Below, piece by piece: positions 12,668 through 26,484 of a stretch of DNA of 64,000 bases (positions within the stretch are counted from its first letter, which is position 1; each line of letters begins with the position of its first letter). The notes beneath the pieces were generated by a model. The model was not told where the DNA came from, did not search any database, and saw only the letters and a program-made list of their open reading frames with translations. The translations under genes and the position numbers were made by a program. Source of the stretch: Octopus vulgaris (taxonomy: Eukaryota); contig OX597823.1 in the NCBI GenBank assembly GCA_951406725.2, positions 10,230,001 to 10,294,000 on the forward strand. The letters are read 5' to 3'.

Positions 12668-14292
12668 TAAATTTAAGTATATATATGTAAATGTAATTGA
12701 GGTTTGAAGTGGTACTGTATCATGGTTTAAAATTCATTTGCTTACTAAATGTAATTTAAGTAACGTCATAACAAATGCTAACAGTGTGATCCTTAGATTC
12801 TCTCAACGTACTTGAAATAATAGATGTAGGTTTACACTGGGGTTGGTGGGGAGGAATGAAGCCGAATCAGTTGAGAGGAAGGGACAAATTGCTTGATCTT
12901 ACAAGGACCAATTAGCAAACACTGTATAGATGCTGCTGAAGAGACTTCTCTACTTGTTATTGACTGATTTCTGATGGTCATTGATCGTTGCCTATATGAG
13001 GGAGTTGAGATGCATGTTTGGTGAAGGATTGTATTTAGAAACTCGCCAAATCAGAAGCCCTGTATTTGAATGGAATTTCAATCACTTAAATAGTAGGAGC
13101 GTGGAAGATATTTTATTCATTATTTTCTTAGTAGTTGTTGCTTGTTGTTGTTGTTGTTGTTGTTGTTATCTTCTGATCATATAATATAGATGGAGTTAAG
13201 ATGAATCAATAAATAATATAACTTTACATTAATACAGGATTTCAGCGCGGTATAGAAATTCATATCATGACGAGTAGGCTTCAATGTTATCCTCTTCAGA
13301 ATTATGGCATTGATACCAGACTTCTCTGATAAAATAATTGGAAATTCAAACTGAAGCTTTAAAACCTTTAATTAGCAGATAAGTAAAATAGCGACATCTA
13401 CACAACAATTCCTATTATTTCAATTACACCATTTGTATCAATTGTTTCGTGTACACACACATACACTCACACACTCACACATACATACACATGCACAGGC
13501 ACACACATACACATATACATGTATAGTAATGCAGTTTTGTATACCAATTTGACCTTTCGTAGTGCTTTATTAGCATATACCTATTAGTGGTTTTCTGTAA
13601 AACGGCAGACCCTTTTATCACTATCCAGCTATTAGCTCTCTTCCAGATGCCTTACTATTATGCCGTTTGCCTACAGCTAAGGTGAAAGTTCTGGATCAAT
13701 TGCATATGTCTTACACTTGATATTTATTTGTACAGTATTCAAAACGGTGATTTGGAAGAACAGTTAGCACGCCTGACAAAATGCTTACGTTCTGAAGTTA
13801 ACTTTGACTTCAATAATTTCGGCGTCTATAAAATATGTACCAGTTGAAAACTGGGGTCAGTTGTAATCGACTTACTTCCGCCCCCTCAAAAAAATTTCTG
13901 ATCTTGTGGCAAAATTTGAAACCGATAGTTGTACAGTATTCTCTTCTTACCCTGTTTAGCCTCTTTACGTTGGAGATTTTCAATCAGAATGGTTCAAGAT
14001 CATCAGAAGCTTTCTCAACTATAAAGTTTTCATTCTTTATCATTTTGTATAACGCTTCTGGATTAGAAGCAAGCTTGCGATTTATACAGGCCCACTCAAA
14101 AATTCGCTCGCTATAGCGAAAATTCACGGCCATTTCGTGATTTAGGGTAATTATCATTCCCCCAACAGTTTGGTGTAAAGAGTCACTATAGTTTCGTTCA
14201 TTTGTTCATAAGATGTAACTGGTGTGGTGTAGACTAGTTATTGCTCTTACATTTTATCGTGCTTACCTATTCAATATGGCTGTACATAATTA

Positions 14293-14504
14293 CTCTTTTA
14301 GTTGTTTCAGTCATTTGACTGCGGCCATGCTGGAGCACCGCCTTTAGTCGAGCAAATCGACCCCGGGACTTATTCTTTGTAAGCCCAGTACTTATTCTAT
14401 CGGTCTCTTTTGCCGAACCGCTAAGTGACGGGGACGTAAACACACCAGCATCGGTTGTCAAGCAATGCTAGAGGGAAAACACAAACACACACACACACAC
14501 ACAC

Positions 14505-14552
<48 letters not shown>

Positions 14553-14714
14553 GACAGGCTTCTTTCAGTTTCCGTCTACCAAATCCACTCACAAGGCTCT
14601 GGTCGGCCCGAGGCTATAGCAGAAGAAGACACTTGCCCAAGATGCCACGCAGTGGGACTGAACCCAGAACCATGTGGTTGGTAGGCAAGCTACTTACCAC
14701 ATAGCCACTCCTGC
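14293..14714 (-). mobile_element. SINE family B
   Basis: Matches the family. Confidence 0.9.
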
Positions 14715-15402
14715 TGATATTTTTCTTCAAGTTTTGGCTTCCATTTCCGTTTAGTTGTTTCATTACCATTTACGCTGCAGATTTCCCCCGGTGTTCTTTA
14801 AGAGCGAAAGCTGCTGCGTATATGAGGTGTTAATATGCCAGTAATGAACATCATATGATTCCATTTGCTCTTCAGCAACATCGTCAATAACTATCAACTT
14901 TAGAGCTGTTGTTCAGAATAGCCTGTCGCTTAACGATAGTTTCAAAAGTAGAACAGTTTTTCTATGTAGTCTGGTTCCAAGATGATTCTAAGTTGAATAT
15001 ATTCGAGAGTTGTCTCTATTGACTCAGCTATATTCGGAGAGACACGAGAATTTAGTGATGGCGGTTTATTTAAATAATTTTCGATCTCTTACTTGGCAGG
15101 TTTTGAGTATTTCTCAGTGTTTTCAAAAGATCGATTTACATCACCAGAGCAAGTCAAATTTTAAAAAGAAAGATGCTTGCTGCCGAAGCTGTTTCTCTGT
15201 AAAGGTGCTTCAGTTGGGGCGAGCTGCGTTCCATTTTTTTTTTATAGCCATTTCATATATCTAAGAGAAGGGTCTTTCTGAGCTTTTAATAGCATCAACG
15301 TAGAGCCTAGTTTAGGTGTAGAGGCCATCTAAAATGATAATTGTACTTATGTTTTGCAAAATGGCTCCCTGGTGCTTGTAGTGCTGTTTTAGTCGATACT
15401 CT

Positions 15403-15833
15403 CTTTACTCTTTTTTTTTTTACTCGTTTTACTCTTTTTACTTGTTTCAGTCATTTGACTGCGGCCATGCTGGAGCACCGCCTTTAGTCGAGCAAATCGA
15501 GCCCGGGACTTATTCTTTGTAAGCCCAGTACTTATTCTATCGGTCTCTTTTGCCGAACTGCTAAGTAACGGGGGCGTAAACACACCAGCATCGGTTGTCA
15601 AGCAATGCTAGGGGAACAAACACAGACACACAAACATATTCACACACACTTATATATATATACATATATACGACAGGCTTCTTTCAGTTTCCGTCTACCA
15701 AATCCACTCACAAGGCATTGGTCGGCCCGGGGCTATAGCAGAAGACACTTGCCCAAGATGCCACGCAGTGGGACTGAACCCGGAACCATGTGGTTGGTTA
15801 GCAAGCTACTTACCAAACAGCCACTCCTGCGCC
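15403..15833 (-). mobile_element. SINE family B
   Basis: Matches the family. Confidence 0.9.
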
Positions 15834-15909
15834 TATACTGTTGATATTAATTTCAGCAATGATCGTGTTAGCAAAACTTTACGTGGTATAACGTATGTAT
15901 GTATGTATG

Positions 15910-16270
15910 TACATACCATTCTTTGAACGTCTAACTTCCCTGAACATGGATATATTGAAGCTCAAACGTCTGGCAACTAACTTGATAGACACCCACAAAA
16001 TTATTCACCATCTTTCCAACAACAACCTTGCGCACCTTGTTTATTTCCAAACACCCGTGTACATGCTTACAAAATCAAAAAAACTACACAGCACCCATGA
16101 CTTTTGGAAACATTTTTTCACGCTCAGAATAAACTACCTTCATCAGTCGTTAGCTCTCGAGACACCGCATTTTTCAAAACTTTCATGCTTCCTAAAATCG
16201 CCAAACACCTGATGGCCATTTTTTCCTAGGTTGCAGTGCACCCGAGCAATGTACACAACAATTTCTTCCT
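15910..16270 (+). mobile_element. CR1-like LINE 3' fragment, decayed
   Basis: ERLTSLNMDILKLKRLATNLIDTHKII...KHFFTLRI resembles the C-terminus of a CR1-clade ORF2. Confidence 0.6.
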
Positions 16271-16317
16271 TTCTTTTTGCTTTCATATATTTCAAATATA
16301 TATTTCTTTTATTCTTT

Positions 16318-16699
16318 GCCTTTCATTCTTTCGGGGTTGATAAATTAAGTACCAGTTGCATACTGGGGTCGATCTAATCGACTGCCGCCTCCTCCAAAGT
16401 TTCAGGCCTTGTGCCTACCGTAGAAAAAATTATTTTATTCTTTTATCTGTTTGAGTCATTTGACTGCCGCCATGCTGGAGCACCACCTTAAGAGGTTTTA
16501 GTCGAACAAATCAACGCCAGGACTTATTCTTGGTAAGCCTAGTACTATTCTATTGGTAGCTTCTGTCCAACCACTAAGTTACGGGCACATAAACTTACCG
16601 ATATCGGTTGTCAAGCGATGGTGGGAGGACAAACACCGTCACAAGCATACAAATATATACAAACCCCACCACCACACGCAAACACACACACACATATAC

Positions 16700-16754
<55 letters not shown>

Positions 16755-16915
16755 ACGGTCTCCTTTCAGTTTCTGTCAACCAAATCCTCTCACAAGGCTT
16801 TTGTCAGCCCGAGGCTATAGTAGAAGACACTTGCCCATGGTCTCATGCAGTGGGACCGAGCCCGCAACCATGTAGCTGGAAAGCAAGCCTCTTACAACGC
16901 AGCCACTCTGCACCT
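16318..16915. mobile_element. SINE A fragment (+, 16318-16430) followed by diverged SINE B (-, 16440-16915)
   Basis: Similarity to other copies in the window. Confidence 0.75.
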
Positions 16916-17789
16916 GTATGTTGACATATTTAAATGTTATACGTAGATAGGTTTATTAAAGAAATTTCCGTTGATGAGTTTGTTAATATTTATCAAAACC
17001 TAGAGTAGTAAGTGAACTAAGTAGGTTTAAGTTGGTCATTAATTGTGAGTCCCTAAACATATCTTCCATAATGAGTTGTCATAACGAGGCACAGATAAAA
17101 GTTTTATACAATAAGACAATAGTCTCAGTTTTCTATTTGAATTAGTAGTCCATTAATACAATACGGTTTTATTTCCCAAAGGATGAGGAAGCCAGTGAAG
17201 CACAAATAAAATATGAAGAGAAGTAGCAATGTGTACCGGACTAGATGAATAAGGAAGGAACAAGAGCAGAATATCCCTCATATTACGCCTTCTCGTGACT
17301 GATAATGTCAAACAATTCCGTTTCTATTCTTCCATTTTTGTTGAGTGTATACGATCGATATAAAGCGCCTTCAGGAACAAACTTGAAGTAATTGAAAGTT
17401 GTCCCTAATATCACGCGTGTGTGTGTATGTGTTTCTTTGTCCGGTAACCAGGTTTTGATTTGAGATTGCACGGTTTTGAGCAATGCGGAACCATCTCATA
17501 ACCACTATTGTTCCCATGTCTACTAAGGGCCGGTAGAGCGATTTCAGATTGCCTCCTATTCAGATTACTCCTCCCATTCCCGGTAACTAGAAATCGCTTT
17601 CAAATTACCCCCTGGAGGTAATTTGAAATCGATTTCAGGTTCCTCTCTTCGATTTCAGATTACCTCCACTAAAATCCTTCCCCAAATATTCGTCATCTCG
17701 ATAGCAAATAGGAAAATCATTATTATGTTTATTATTATCATCATCATCATCATCATCATTTTTTCTTTTGTAACTTACTAATATAATTA

Positions 17790-17996
17790 CTCTTCACTCT
17801 TTTACTTGTTTCAGTTATTTGACTGCGGCCATACTGGAGCACCGCCTTTATAGTCGAGCAAATCGACGACCCCAGAACTTATAGAACTTATTCTTTGAAA
17901 GCCTAGTACTTATTCTATCGGTCTCTTTTGGCGTAAACACACCAGCATCGATTGTCAAGCGATGCTGGGGTGGGACAAACGGACACACAAACATAT

Positions 17997-18027
<31 letters not shown>

Positions 18028-18200
18028 AATACATATCCGACGGGCTTCTTCCAGTTTCTGTCTACCAAATCCACTCACAAGGCTTTGGTCGGTCCGAAGC
18101 TATATTAGAAGACACTTGCCCAAGGTGCCACGCGGTGGGACTGAACCCGGAACTATGTGGTTGGTAAGCAAGCTACTTACCACACAGCCACCCCTGCGCC
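17790..18200 (-). mobile_element. SINE family B nested in the Ginger-like element
   Basis: Matches the family. Confidence 0.85.
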
Positions 18201-18282
18201 TAATTAATAATAAAAGTATAATGATATAAGTTCGTATCAAAGGAGAGAATGGTGAACCCATTAAATGTATGTGTTGATGTTT

Positions 18283-18677
18283 GGATGGGGATGGAAGCAC
18301 CCCGTCGGTTACGACGACGAGGGTTCCGGTTGATCCGAATCAACGGAACAGCCTGCTCGTGAAATTAACGTGTAAGTGGCTGAGCACTCCACAGACACGT
18401 GTACCCTTAACGTAGTTCTCGGGGATATTCAGCGTGACACAGAGAGTGACAAGGCCGGCCCTTTGAAATACAGGTACAACAGAAAGAGGAAGTAAGAGTG
18501 AGAGAAAGTTGTGGTGAAAGAGTACAGCAGGGATCACCACCATCCCTGCCGGAGCCTCGTGGAGCTTTTAGGTGTTTTCGCTCAATAAACACTCACAACG
18601 CCCGGTCTGGGAATCGAAACCGCGATCCTATGACCGCGAGTCCGCTGCCCTAACCACTGGGCCATTGCGCCTCCACA
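18283..18677 (-). mobile_element. tRNA-derived SINE family C, full length with TSD
   Basis: A box TGGCCCAGTGG, B box GGTTTCGATTCC, and 12-bp TSD GTGTTGATGTTT (18271-18282 / 18678-18689). Confidence 0.9.
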
Positions 18678-20149
18678 GTGTTGATGTTTATTATGTGCGT
18701 GTATGCGTATTGTACGTTTTTAAATGGAAGAGGAATCCCACTTAGTTACTTAAAGCGGAAGGAATTTGAAAGAAGCATTCAAGAATGGCTACTTTTAGTA
18801 CATTATAATAGCTCAGTCTGTTCAAAAAGAACTTTACGATAGAAACACGAGTAACAGCATTTCAATATTGGAAATAAAGTTCTGCGCAAAAACCTATTTC
18901 GAGAGGACAGAAAGTGGGGGAGATTTTACGAAACGCCACACAGGTCCTTACAATGTTGCTGAAGTCTGTGACAAAAATACCTTTCAATTTTCAAATAACA
19001 ATAAAGTACAAAAAAAGTAAGTAAATGCTACCAACTTTACTCGATATATTGAGCAACGATCATCAAGTAAAAAACAAAAAACAAAGTACGAAAATCAAGA
19101 TACCCAAGCTCCAAAGTAAAGAAAAAAAACTGCAGTGATATTTTAATGTATATAAATACATTTCATAACCAATTTAAAGTGGATAAATAAATTTCTGATT
19201 ATATATATAAAACACATATCATTCTTCAAATCAATTTATTATCGTTAGATTCTGTCAAATCAACTCAGTCCACTGTAAACAACATCCATCTGCTACATAT
19301 ATGTTGAAAAAAGTACTCTAGTCGAAATCACTTTCTTTTAAATAAAAAAAAATAAAATGTTTTTATTTTTAAAAAAATGGAAACTCAGAATCTCTGATAT
19401 TCGACGTTTTCTTTTTTTTTTGTTTCAACGCATCATAAAAGTGTTTTAAAAAATCTAATATTTTCGTCTTATTTTGATATTTTAAGATTTTTAAATCTTG
19501 AATGTAATCCATGTTTAATGTTATAAAAGTATCAGGAGTTGTAACTCATAGAATTTGTTATTTTAGAATACATCATTGAGTGGGGTAGTGTGAAGAGCGC
19601 GGAGGTAATTTGAAATCAGTTTCAGGGTGCCCCACCACCTGTAATTTGAAATCGATTTCAGATTACCGGGAGGTAGCTTGAAATGGTGGTGGTGGTGATG
19701 GATAACTTGAAATCTTCAGTCTCAGAAATGTTGAAGTCTCAACTCTGGGTTAATTGGGATGTTAAAGAGTTGCCTCCAGAAGAAAATCACTAACAGACAT
19801 CCCAAGACAAACTGAGGACTACTTTCTTTTAGCGTCTCATGTAACAGAGGGCAACTACATACACATTCTTCACAACTTCAGTGGCGTTGGGGGAAGGAGG
19901 GGGCGGGAGCACGTTGAAGATGTTCCTGCATGTATGTATGTATATATATATGTGTGTGTGTGTGTGTGTACAGACACAAACAGAGAGAAAGAGACTAATA
20001 AATAGATACACACACACACATATATACATAGAGCGAGAGAGTGATTGAAATATATAGAGGTTGCGTATATGTGTGTGTGATGCATCTGTTGCTGATGGAT
20101 CATGGGACATTAGCTTACAGCGTGCTGTTGGTCTGACTCATGGGGAATC

Positions 20150-21040
20150 GGCAAAAAAGTAACCTAGTGTATTTATTTTCTCAACCAGTGGACAGCCTCT
20201 CCTCCCACCGAACTATCATGCGCTTCTCCAATTATACATGTTGCCTGGATGTAGCGATCACATGTGAAATTGGTAGGTTACTGTGGGGTAGCGGTGAGCT
20301 CCGTAAATGCAGCGTGTGATATTTCGCACTTGGATGTGTGTGATTCCAGAAAGGAAACTTCTACACCATGACAATAAATAAGACACAGCGATCAGCTTTT
20401 AGGTGGTTTCCGACAAACAGATTCACCAACAGCCTCCTACAGAGAGGAGGATACATTAGTGGTCTTGTGTCAATGTTGTTTCTAGATCTACCCACATCAA
20501 ATAAAGTCATATTTCTATTATCAGTATAAATCCTTACTGTGTAGGTATTTTCTGTAATGTGGGATATGGAAGTTTTATCTGTCAACAATTTGACAGCGAT
20601 AAAAAATCTGACAATAGGAGCAGCTCTTGAATTTACTGGAAGTTACGTTGGAATTCCACACTTTCTTTGGTGGCATCAGAACTGTTTTCTTTCCGTGTAG
20701 AATACAGTCTTAGAATACAGTCTTTATCACCATTTTATTGCAGAAGAAGCATTAAAAACTTGATGGCTGCATTTTAGATCCAAACAACGGTATCTTACCG
20801 AGTACATCATTGTTTTGCAGTCAGCCCTCAAAAATATTCTACTTACACTTGCAGCAATGGGAACTGTATTTTAGATACAGTGAAACACTGAATAGCACAA
20901 CTATTCATTGAACGATGACGGGAATATCAAAAGAGAAACCTGTCTCTCGTGTCAGTTCACAGCGTTCGCCTTTCCGATTTCTTCTGCTGAAGAGAAGATA
21001 ACCACTGCGAAATACACGAAGAATGTAAGAACATTCTTTT
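20150..21040 (-). mobile_element. Possible very decayed LINE reverse transcriptase fragment
   Basis: Only faint RT-like words (RKQ, IYTD) across broken frames. Confidence 0.25.
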
Positions 21041-21047
21041 ATGCAAT

Positions 21048-21257
21048 TACTCTCTCTCTTTTACTTGTTTCAGTCATTTGGCTGCGGCCATGCTGGAGCA
21101 CCGCCTCTAGTCGAGCAAATCGACCCCGGGACTTATTCTTTGTAAGCCCAGTACTTATTCTATCGGTCTCTTTTGCCGAACCGCTAAGTGACGGGGACGT
21201 AAACACACCAGCATCGGTTGCCCAGCAATGCTAGGGGGGACAAACACAGACACACAA

Positions 21258-21300
<43 letters not shown>

Positions 21301-21448
21301 TACGACAGGCTTCTTTCAGTTTCCGTCTACCAAATCCACTCACAACGCATTGGTCGGCCCGGGGCTATAGTTGAAGACACTCGCTCAAGATGCCACGCAG
21401 TGGGACTGAACCCGGATCCATGTGGTTGATTAGCAAGCTACTTACCAC
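21048..21448 (-). mobile_element. SINE family B
   Basis: Matches the family; head truncated. Confidence 0.85.
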
Positions 21449-23187
21449 GAATTTAATAATTTATATAGCATGATCGTTGTTGTTGTTGTTGAAGTCCACT
21501 TCATCGACATGTTTGTTATTTTCATTGTATCATTATTAGCATCTCACTGGAATAATAATTTTGTTGCTATTATCGTTATCATTTTAATTGTCGTTGTTTG
21601 TCATAAACGTCTTGTATCAAACCAACTTCCAATTGAAATAAATTCTAGATTATTTTTATTATAAACTTCCTGTAGCGTTTCTTTCAATCTACATTTCCGT
21701 GTTGTCTGTCATTTCTGGATAAAATCGAAATTTTACCATACCAGTCTTTCATCTTAGAAATTTCTTATGATGTTAATACTTTTGATGTCTGAAGCATCTA
21801 ATTTATAGATCAAAAGCTTGACTGAGTAACTCTCTGAAATTTTAATAATGTTATTAGCTAAAATATATTCCTTTACACTTGACATAAAATCTGAAAATAC
21901 CAGTTGGATAATATAAAAGATTAATTGTCCCAGATTGGATTAGTAGCCAAAAGACTACTAATCCAATCTCAAATCTTACTCCATATACTGAATGGGGGAA
22001 AAAAAACGAGCGAGCAATGATTCAGGTATTTAAAATCTTGTGATGGTGAGTTCAATTACTTCTATTGACATTTTAATGGAATCAAATCGAGGAATTAGCC
22101 TGCTATGATATACATCCTTACATTTTTTTATTCACTTATTTAACACTACAACATTTGAAATTTACTGAAAGTGGGACAACAGAAAGAAAACTACGATACT
22201 AGACGACTAAGAAAATAAGCATGTCTTCTCATTATTCTTCGGGTGTTGTATTGTGTCATTGGGCAATAAATATATAAAACTGTGTTCCTGCAGGCATGGC
22301 TGCCATAAAACAGAGTTCTCTATGTAATCGGGCGAATTGGCTGTCTTTAAAGCACAACGCCTACGTGCTTTGTGTTTAAATATCGCTGACGTCAGCTTTG
22401 CTTTTAAATTGTTTTATGGACAATAAATAAAATACAAGTCCTATATGGATTTAGATTCTTGTCCTCTTTCTTTATTTCTTCCTTCGTTTCTTTTCTATGT
22501 ATGTTTCTCTTGAAAAAGAATCGGTTGTTGTCAAACCTGTAGTGGGATAAATTCTATCAGTTCTAGCAAGACAAGCCTTACTGGATATCGGTATCTCTCG
22601 ATAGAGTCAGTATTTAAGGGGCCATGGTCAAGCCATTTAGTGTTTTAGGGGTTATTAGGCTGTACAGATGAACGCTCCAAGAGTCGGAGTATATCACATA
22701 TTTATGTAAAATACAAAGTAACTAGTATGGATCTCAATGTTTCGGAAATGATATCAGCACTGGATGATGACAACTAATTGAAGATATTATTTTGAAGTGC
22801 TACATGAATATGACGAAGAATAATGGAAATGAAATTTTAGTTTACATCGGACAGAGGGGAAAATATCGTCGTCAGTCATATATATCCTAATTTAATACAT
22901 TTATGATTGTGCAAATGATAAGGAAGCGTCTGTAGAACCATGGCAGAACAAACACCACTAAGGGAATTTTTATTTGAAAATCACTTTGGATCGATCTTTT
23001 GGTGTAGGGAACGGTAATCAAATCATTTCCTAATACACACACGCCAACGCCCTGCTTATGATCCTAAACTCAGATATACACAGGTTCATACGTGTGTATG
23101 AGTATTTAAAATATTGTTGTGGTTCAGAAAAGCTAGTTTTACCTTAGTGTAAAACACGTGTTACATCTAGTTTACCTTTATAGTTAA

Positions 23188-23555
23188 CTAGCAGTATCGC
23201 CCGGCGTTTTTAAGCATTTTTAGAGATGTAAAGTATAATAGCCATCTCAATATGGCTAACCACAAAGGGGGTGTTACTGTAGCTTTTTACGTTCTGAGAT
23301 TTAATAATAAATTTTTAGAGAGTTACTTCCCTTATATATGCCAAAAATGCATTAAAAATAGGAAAAATTGATGGTAAATTTTTTTTTAAATCGTAGAATC
23401 ATCGTAGACGCGCGCTAATACCCAGAAGGGCTCGATATGAATCACGACTATAAGATACCCGGTTTTGGTTAAACTGCACCGCAAAATATGGGAGTAGTTA
23501 GGAATCTAAATCGTAGGAGACAGACAGCACACAACCTCACTTTTATATATAAAGA
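23188..23555 (-). mobile_element. Non-autonomous Helitron
   Basis: Minus strand begins TC and ends ACGCCGGGCGATACTGCTAG, inserted between A and T with no TSD. Homologous to 37048-37444. Confidence 0.8.
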
Positions 23556-24036
23556 TTAATTAATGTCAGTCTTTTCTCACATATTTCAAGACTTTGATGC
23601 GGTAATTTACATGGCGTTGTCTTTTTAGTGAGAGTATCATGTACACACGTGTATTTACGTTTTGGTTTTCTTTATATCGTCATACAAAATTATTCCTCTT
23701 TTTGTTCTTTGTCGCTTTAATCTTCTATAAGCAGCAAAGACAATAGCTTGCGGAAATGTTTGCATAGCATTCTCCAGGGCCATTCATGGAATTTCCAAGG
23801 TATTGCCAGTTTCAATTTCTCTATTCGTCTGCGAGTGGATATGCCAGCGTGTGCAATCAAAACACTGGTGTCCATCATTAGTCATTCGTTGGTATAGGAT
23901 TAGCAATGAGTTCCCGTGAGACATAATATTTTACAGGAGATTGGTGTGAGTAGGCTAATTCAATCTAGAGTATGCATACATACAGACACACACATATGTG
24001 TGTATAAATATGTCTGTATATACTATATATATATAT

Positions 24037-24096
<60 letters not shown>

Positions 24097-24107
24097 TTAT
24101 AAATAAG

Positions 24108-24153
24108 GATAATATCGATATTTAAATATCGATATTTAAATATCGATATTATC
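24108..24153. repeat. 46-bp perfect palindrome built from tandem 14-mers
   Basis: GATAATATCGATATTTAAATATCGATATTTAAATATCGATATTATC equals its own reverse complement. Confidence 0.9.
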
Positions 24154-25539
24154 AAGTGGCCAGCATGGGAATAAATACCATACAAAGGTAATAATTTTTT
24201 TACAACTATGAATAAGGGTGTCTGAGAGACCCCACCATGCCGAAATAGCAGTCAAATCCCTGACATATATATATATGTATGTGTATGTATGTAAATATGT
24301 GTGTGTATATATGAGTGGGTAAAAATAGATACCACAAAGTTGTAGAATTTCATTTCCTTTACCTAAAACAAATTTTTCGGAATATAATAAACTTCCCATG
24401 AGTGTTGTGGTTCCTCATAGAAATATAATTGTCTTAATGCCACAACAATTTTGTTACTTTTAAAAAAAAATTTTTTTCTTTCTTGCTATTCAATGTTTTT
24501 GCTCTGAAAGCTTTGCAAAGTTGTTTGTTAATATGGCGGACTGTAATACTTTTGAGAACCATAAAAACAGGAAATATTCACATTTTAAATACGGCTAGTC
24601 ATAAAAACAATAATAGAAAACAATGGTAAACGTAATGCAACAAAAATATATTATGCATAAATTATATATATATATAATATGAGTAAGTAGACGAAATAAA
24701 ATCATGGAAAACGATAGCCGTGATGTTATGCTTTCTATGACGAAGTTTGGCCATGTTTTAAGAGTGGGGCAACATCAAGAAGTATAAATTATGAAATACG
24801 ATTGGCCCCAATAATATTACAGCCTTATCTCTTAAAATTCTTTCTTTGATCTAAATTGGTTTTTTGATCGGTTTTATTGCAAGAAAATTGTTATTAAACT
24901 ATTTTTATTAAATTCCACCCATTATTGTTGAATTTCATCCTTCTCTTTGGTTTTACAGTTCTTTCATAGAAAGTATATGCTTCCTTTTATTTATTCTTTC
25001 TTTTATATTATTATAACACCGCTAAATCAAAACATATTGTTAGAGAGATGATTATATTGCCGTCTTAACCAATCACTAAGAGAATGTCATTCACATCTTC
25101 GAGTGTCTATCATTTCCAAACACACATTTGATGGAGCTCAAGATAAATATGGCAATATTTAAAGAAAATAAGTTTCCTTTATGATAAATATATCAATTGT
25201 CATTGCTGTTATTACATAACGTTTTCACGTAACTTTTCAAGAGATATTAGTTTTATCAAAAGAAATGGTCTCTATTGCATTCACATACCTCTAAAACAGA
25301 CACTACATTGGTTACAACAGAGTGCTAGTCTCTAATTTACTATTCCGTTATAGTGAGAGATGAATTTCGTTTAACGTACACGGTATGGAAATATGATTTA
25401 CTAATAGTTTCATGCCTTGGTGACACGTTAATTTGGCAGACTAATAAAACTTACATTGCGTCTCCTATAATCTTTCAGGCTACATGGACAGTCCTGTTAC
25501 CGAATATCTCTCATAATATTGCTTGATTGCATGTGTCTC

Positions 25540-26160
25540 TTATCTTTAAACCATATTTCTCTTACTCCTCCTCCTCCCTCCCGTCGTTGACCCGCGACGA
25601 GAACTCTGCTACTGTCTTTCTGTCCTGGCTACCTGCAAGTAGAGACGGCACATCTGTTGCTCCCACGCCGTTCTCAAAAAATAGCGTTCGTAAAAATGGT
25701 TATCTCGTTCGGCTTAACAGCCCTTCTTGTTTGTGTTACTGTTATTCTCCTTGTCCTGTCTTTTACTATTTATATTTTGTACTGTTGTTACTGTCCTGTT
25801 TTTGTACCATTTTTACCCCTCAGCAAAAAAATCTCAAATTTTATTTAATTTGATTTTCGCGGGAAGGATTGTTTCATTAAAGTCATGTATCGCCTTGACC
25901 TTCGAATCGTGGAGTAGATGAAACAAAGGCGACTGAAGAAAGGGGAATTTTCCTTGTTTTGTATGTCCTGTACTCTATTTTTTCGTTGTTTAAGAAAAAT
26001 GTCCATTTCCTTGGTTTTGTGTTTATGTTTTCGTTTCTCATTGTGTTCGACGTTTTTTTGGTGTCCTGTACCCTTATATGCATGTATATATACATGTAGA
26101 GGTAGGTACGTACATATATGTATGTATATATGCATATGTTTTATTTATTTATTAATTTAT
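25540..26160 (+). mobile_element. Longer copy of the 6245/44098 repeat family
   Basis: 25885-26160 is the reverse complement of 6245-6498. The 5' extent is inferred from composition. Confidence 0.55.
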
Positions 26161-26172
26161 TATATATATATA

Positions 26173-26443
26173 TATACCAATTAGGGACTGAACACGAAAA
26201 GTGGACAGTCAACATGCTAGATATAGACGTCAAATCGCCATTCTCCACAAAAGATTATGTTTTCAAATTTGTGAACATAATCTTTTGTGGAGAATGGCGA
26301 TTTGACGTCTATATCTAGCATGTTGACTGTCCACTTTTCGTGTTCAGTCCCTAATTGGTATATATAAATATTTTAATCTTCGAATTCTTTTTTAATATGC
26401 TAGACCACTGGTTTTAATTGATAAATATCAATTTCTACCCTTA

Positions 26444-26452
<9 letters not shown>
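26173..26452 (+). mobile_element. (TA)n-embedded ~190-bp palindrome plus tail
   Basis: Arms about 26173-26261 / 26274-26362 are perfect inverted copies around ttcaaatttgtg; a ~85-bp unique tail and TA follow. Confidence 0.75.

Positions 26453-26484
<32 letters not shown>

Larger units (their letters stand above)
17531..19716 (+). mobile_element. Decayed Ginger/Gypsy-integrase-like DNA transposon with terminal motif arrays
   Basis: GATTTCARATTACC / GGTAATTTGAAATC arrays at 17538-17668 and 19603-19716. A frameshifted integrase C-terminus at about 18810-19055 reads FNIGNKVLRKNLFREDRK-GGDFTKRHTGPYNVAEV...VNATNFTRY (GPY/F motif). Confidence 0.6.
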
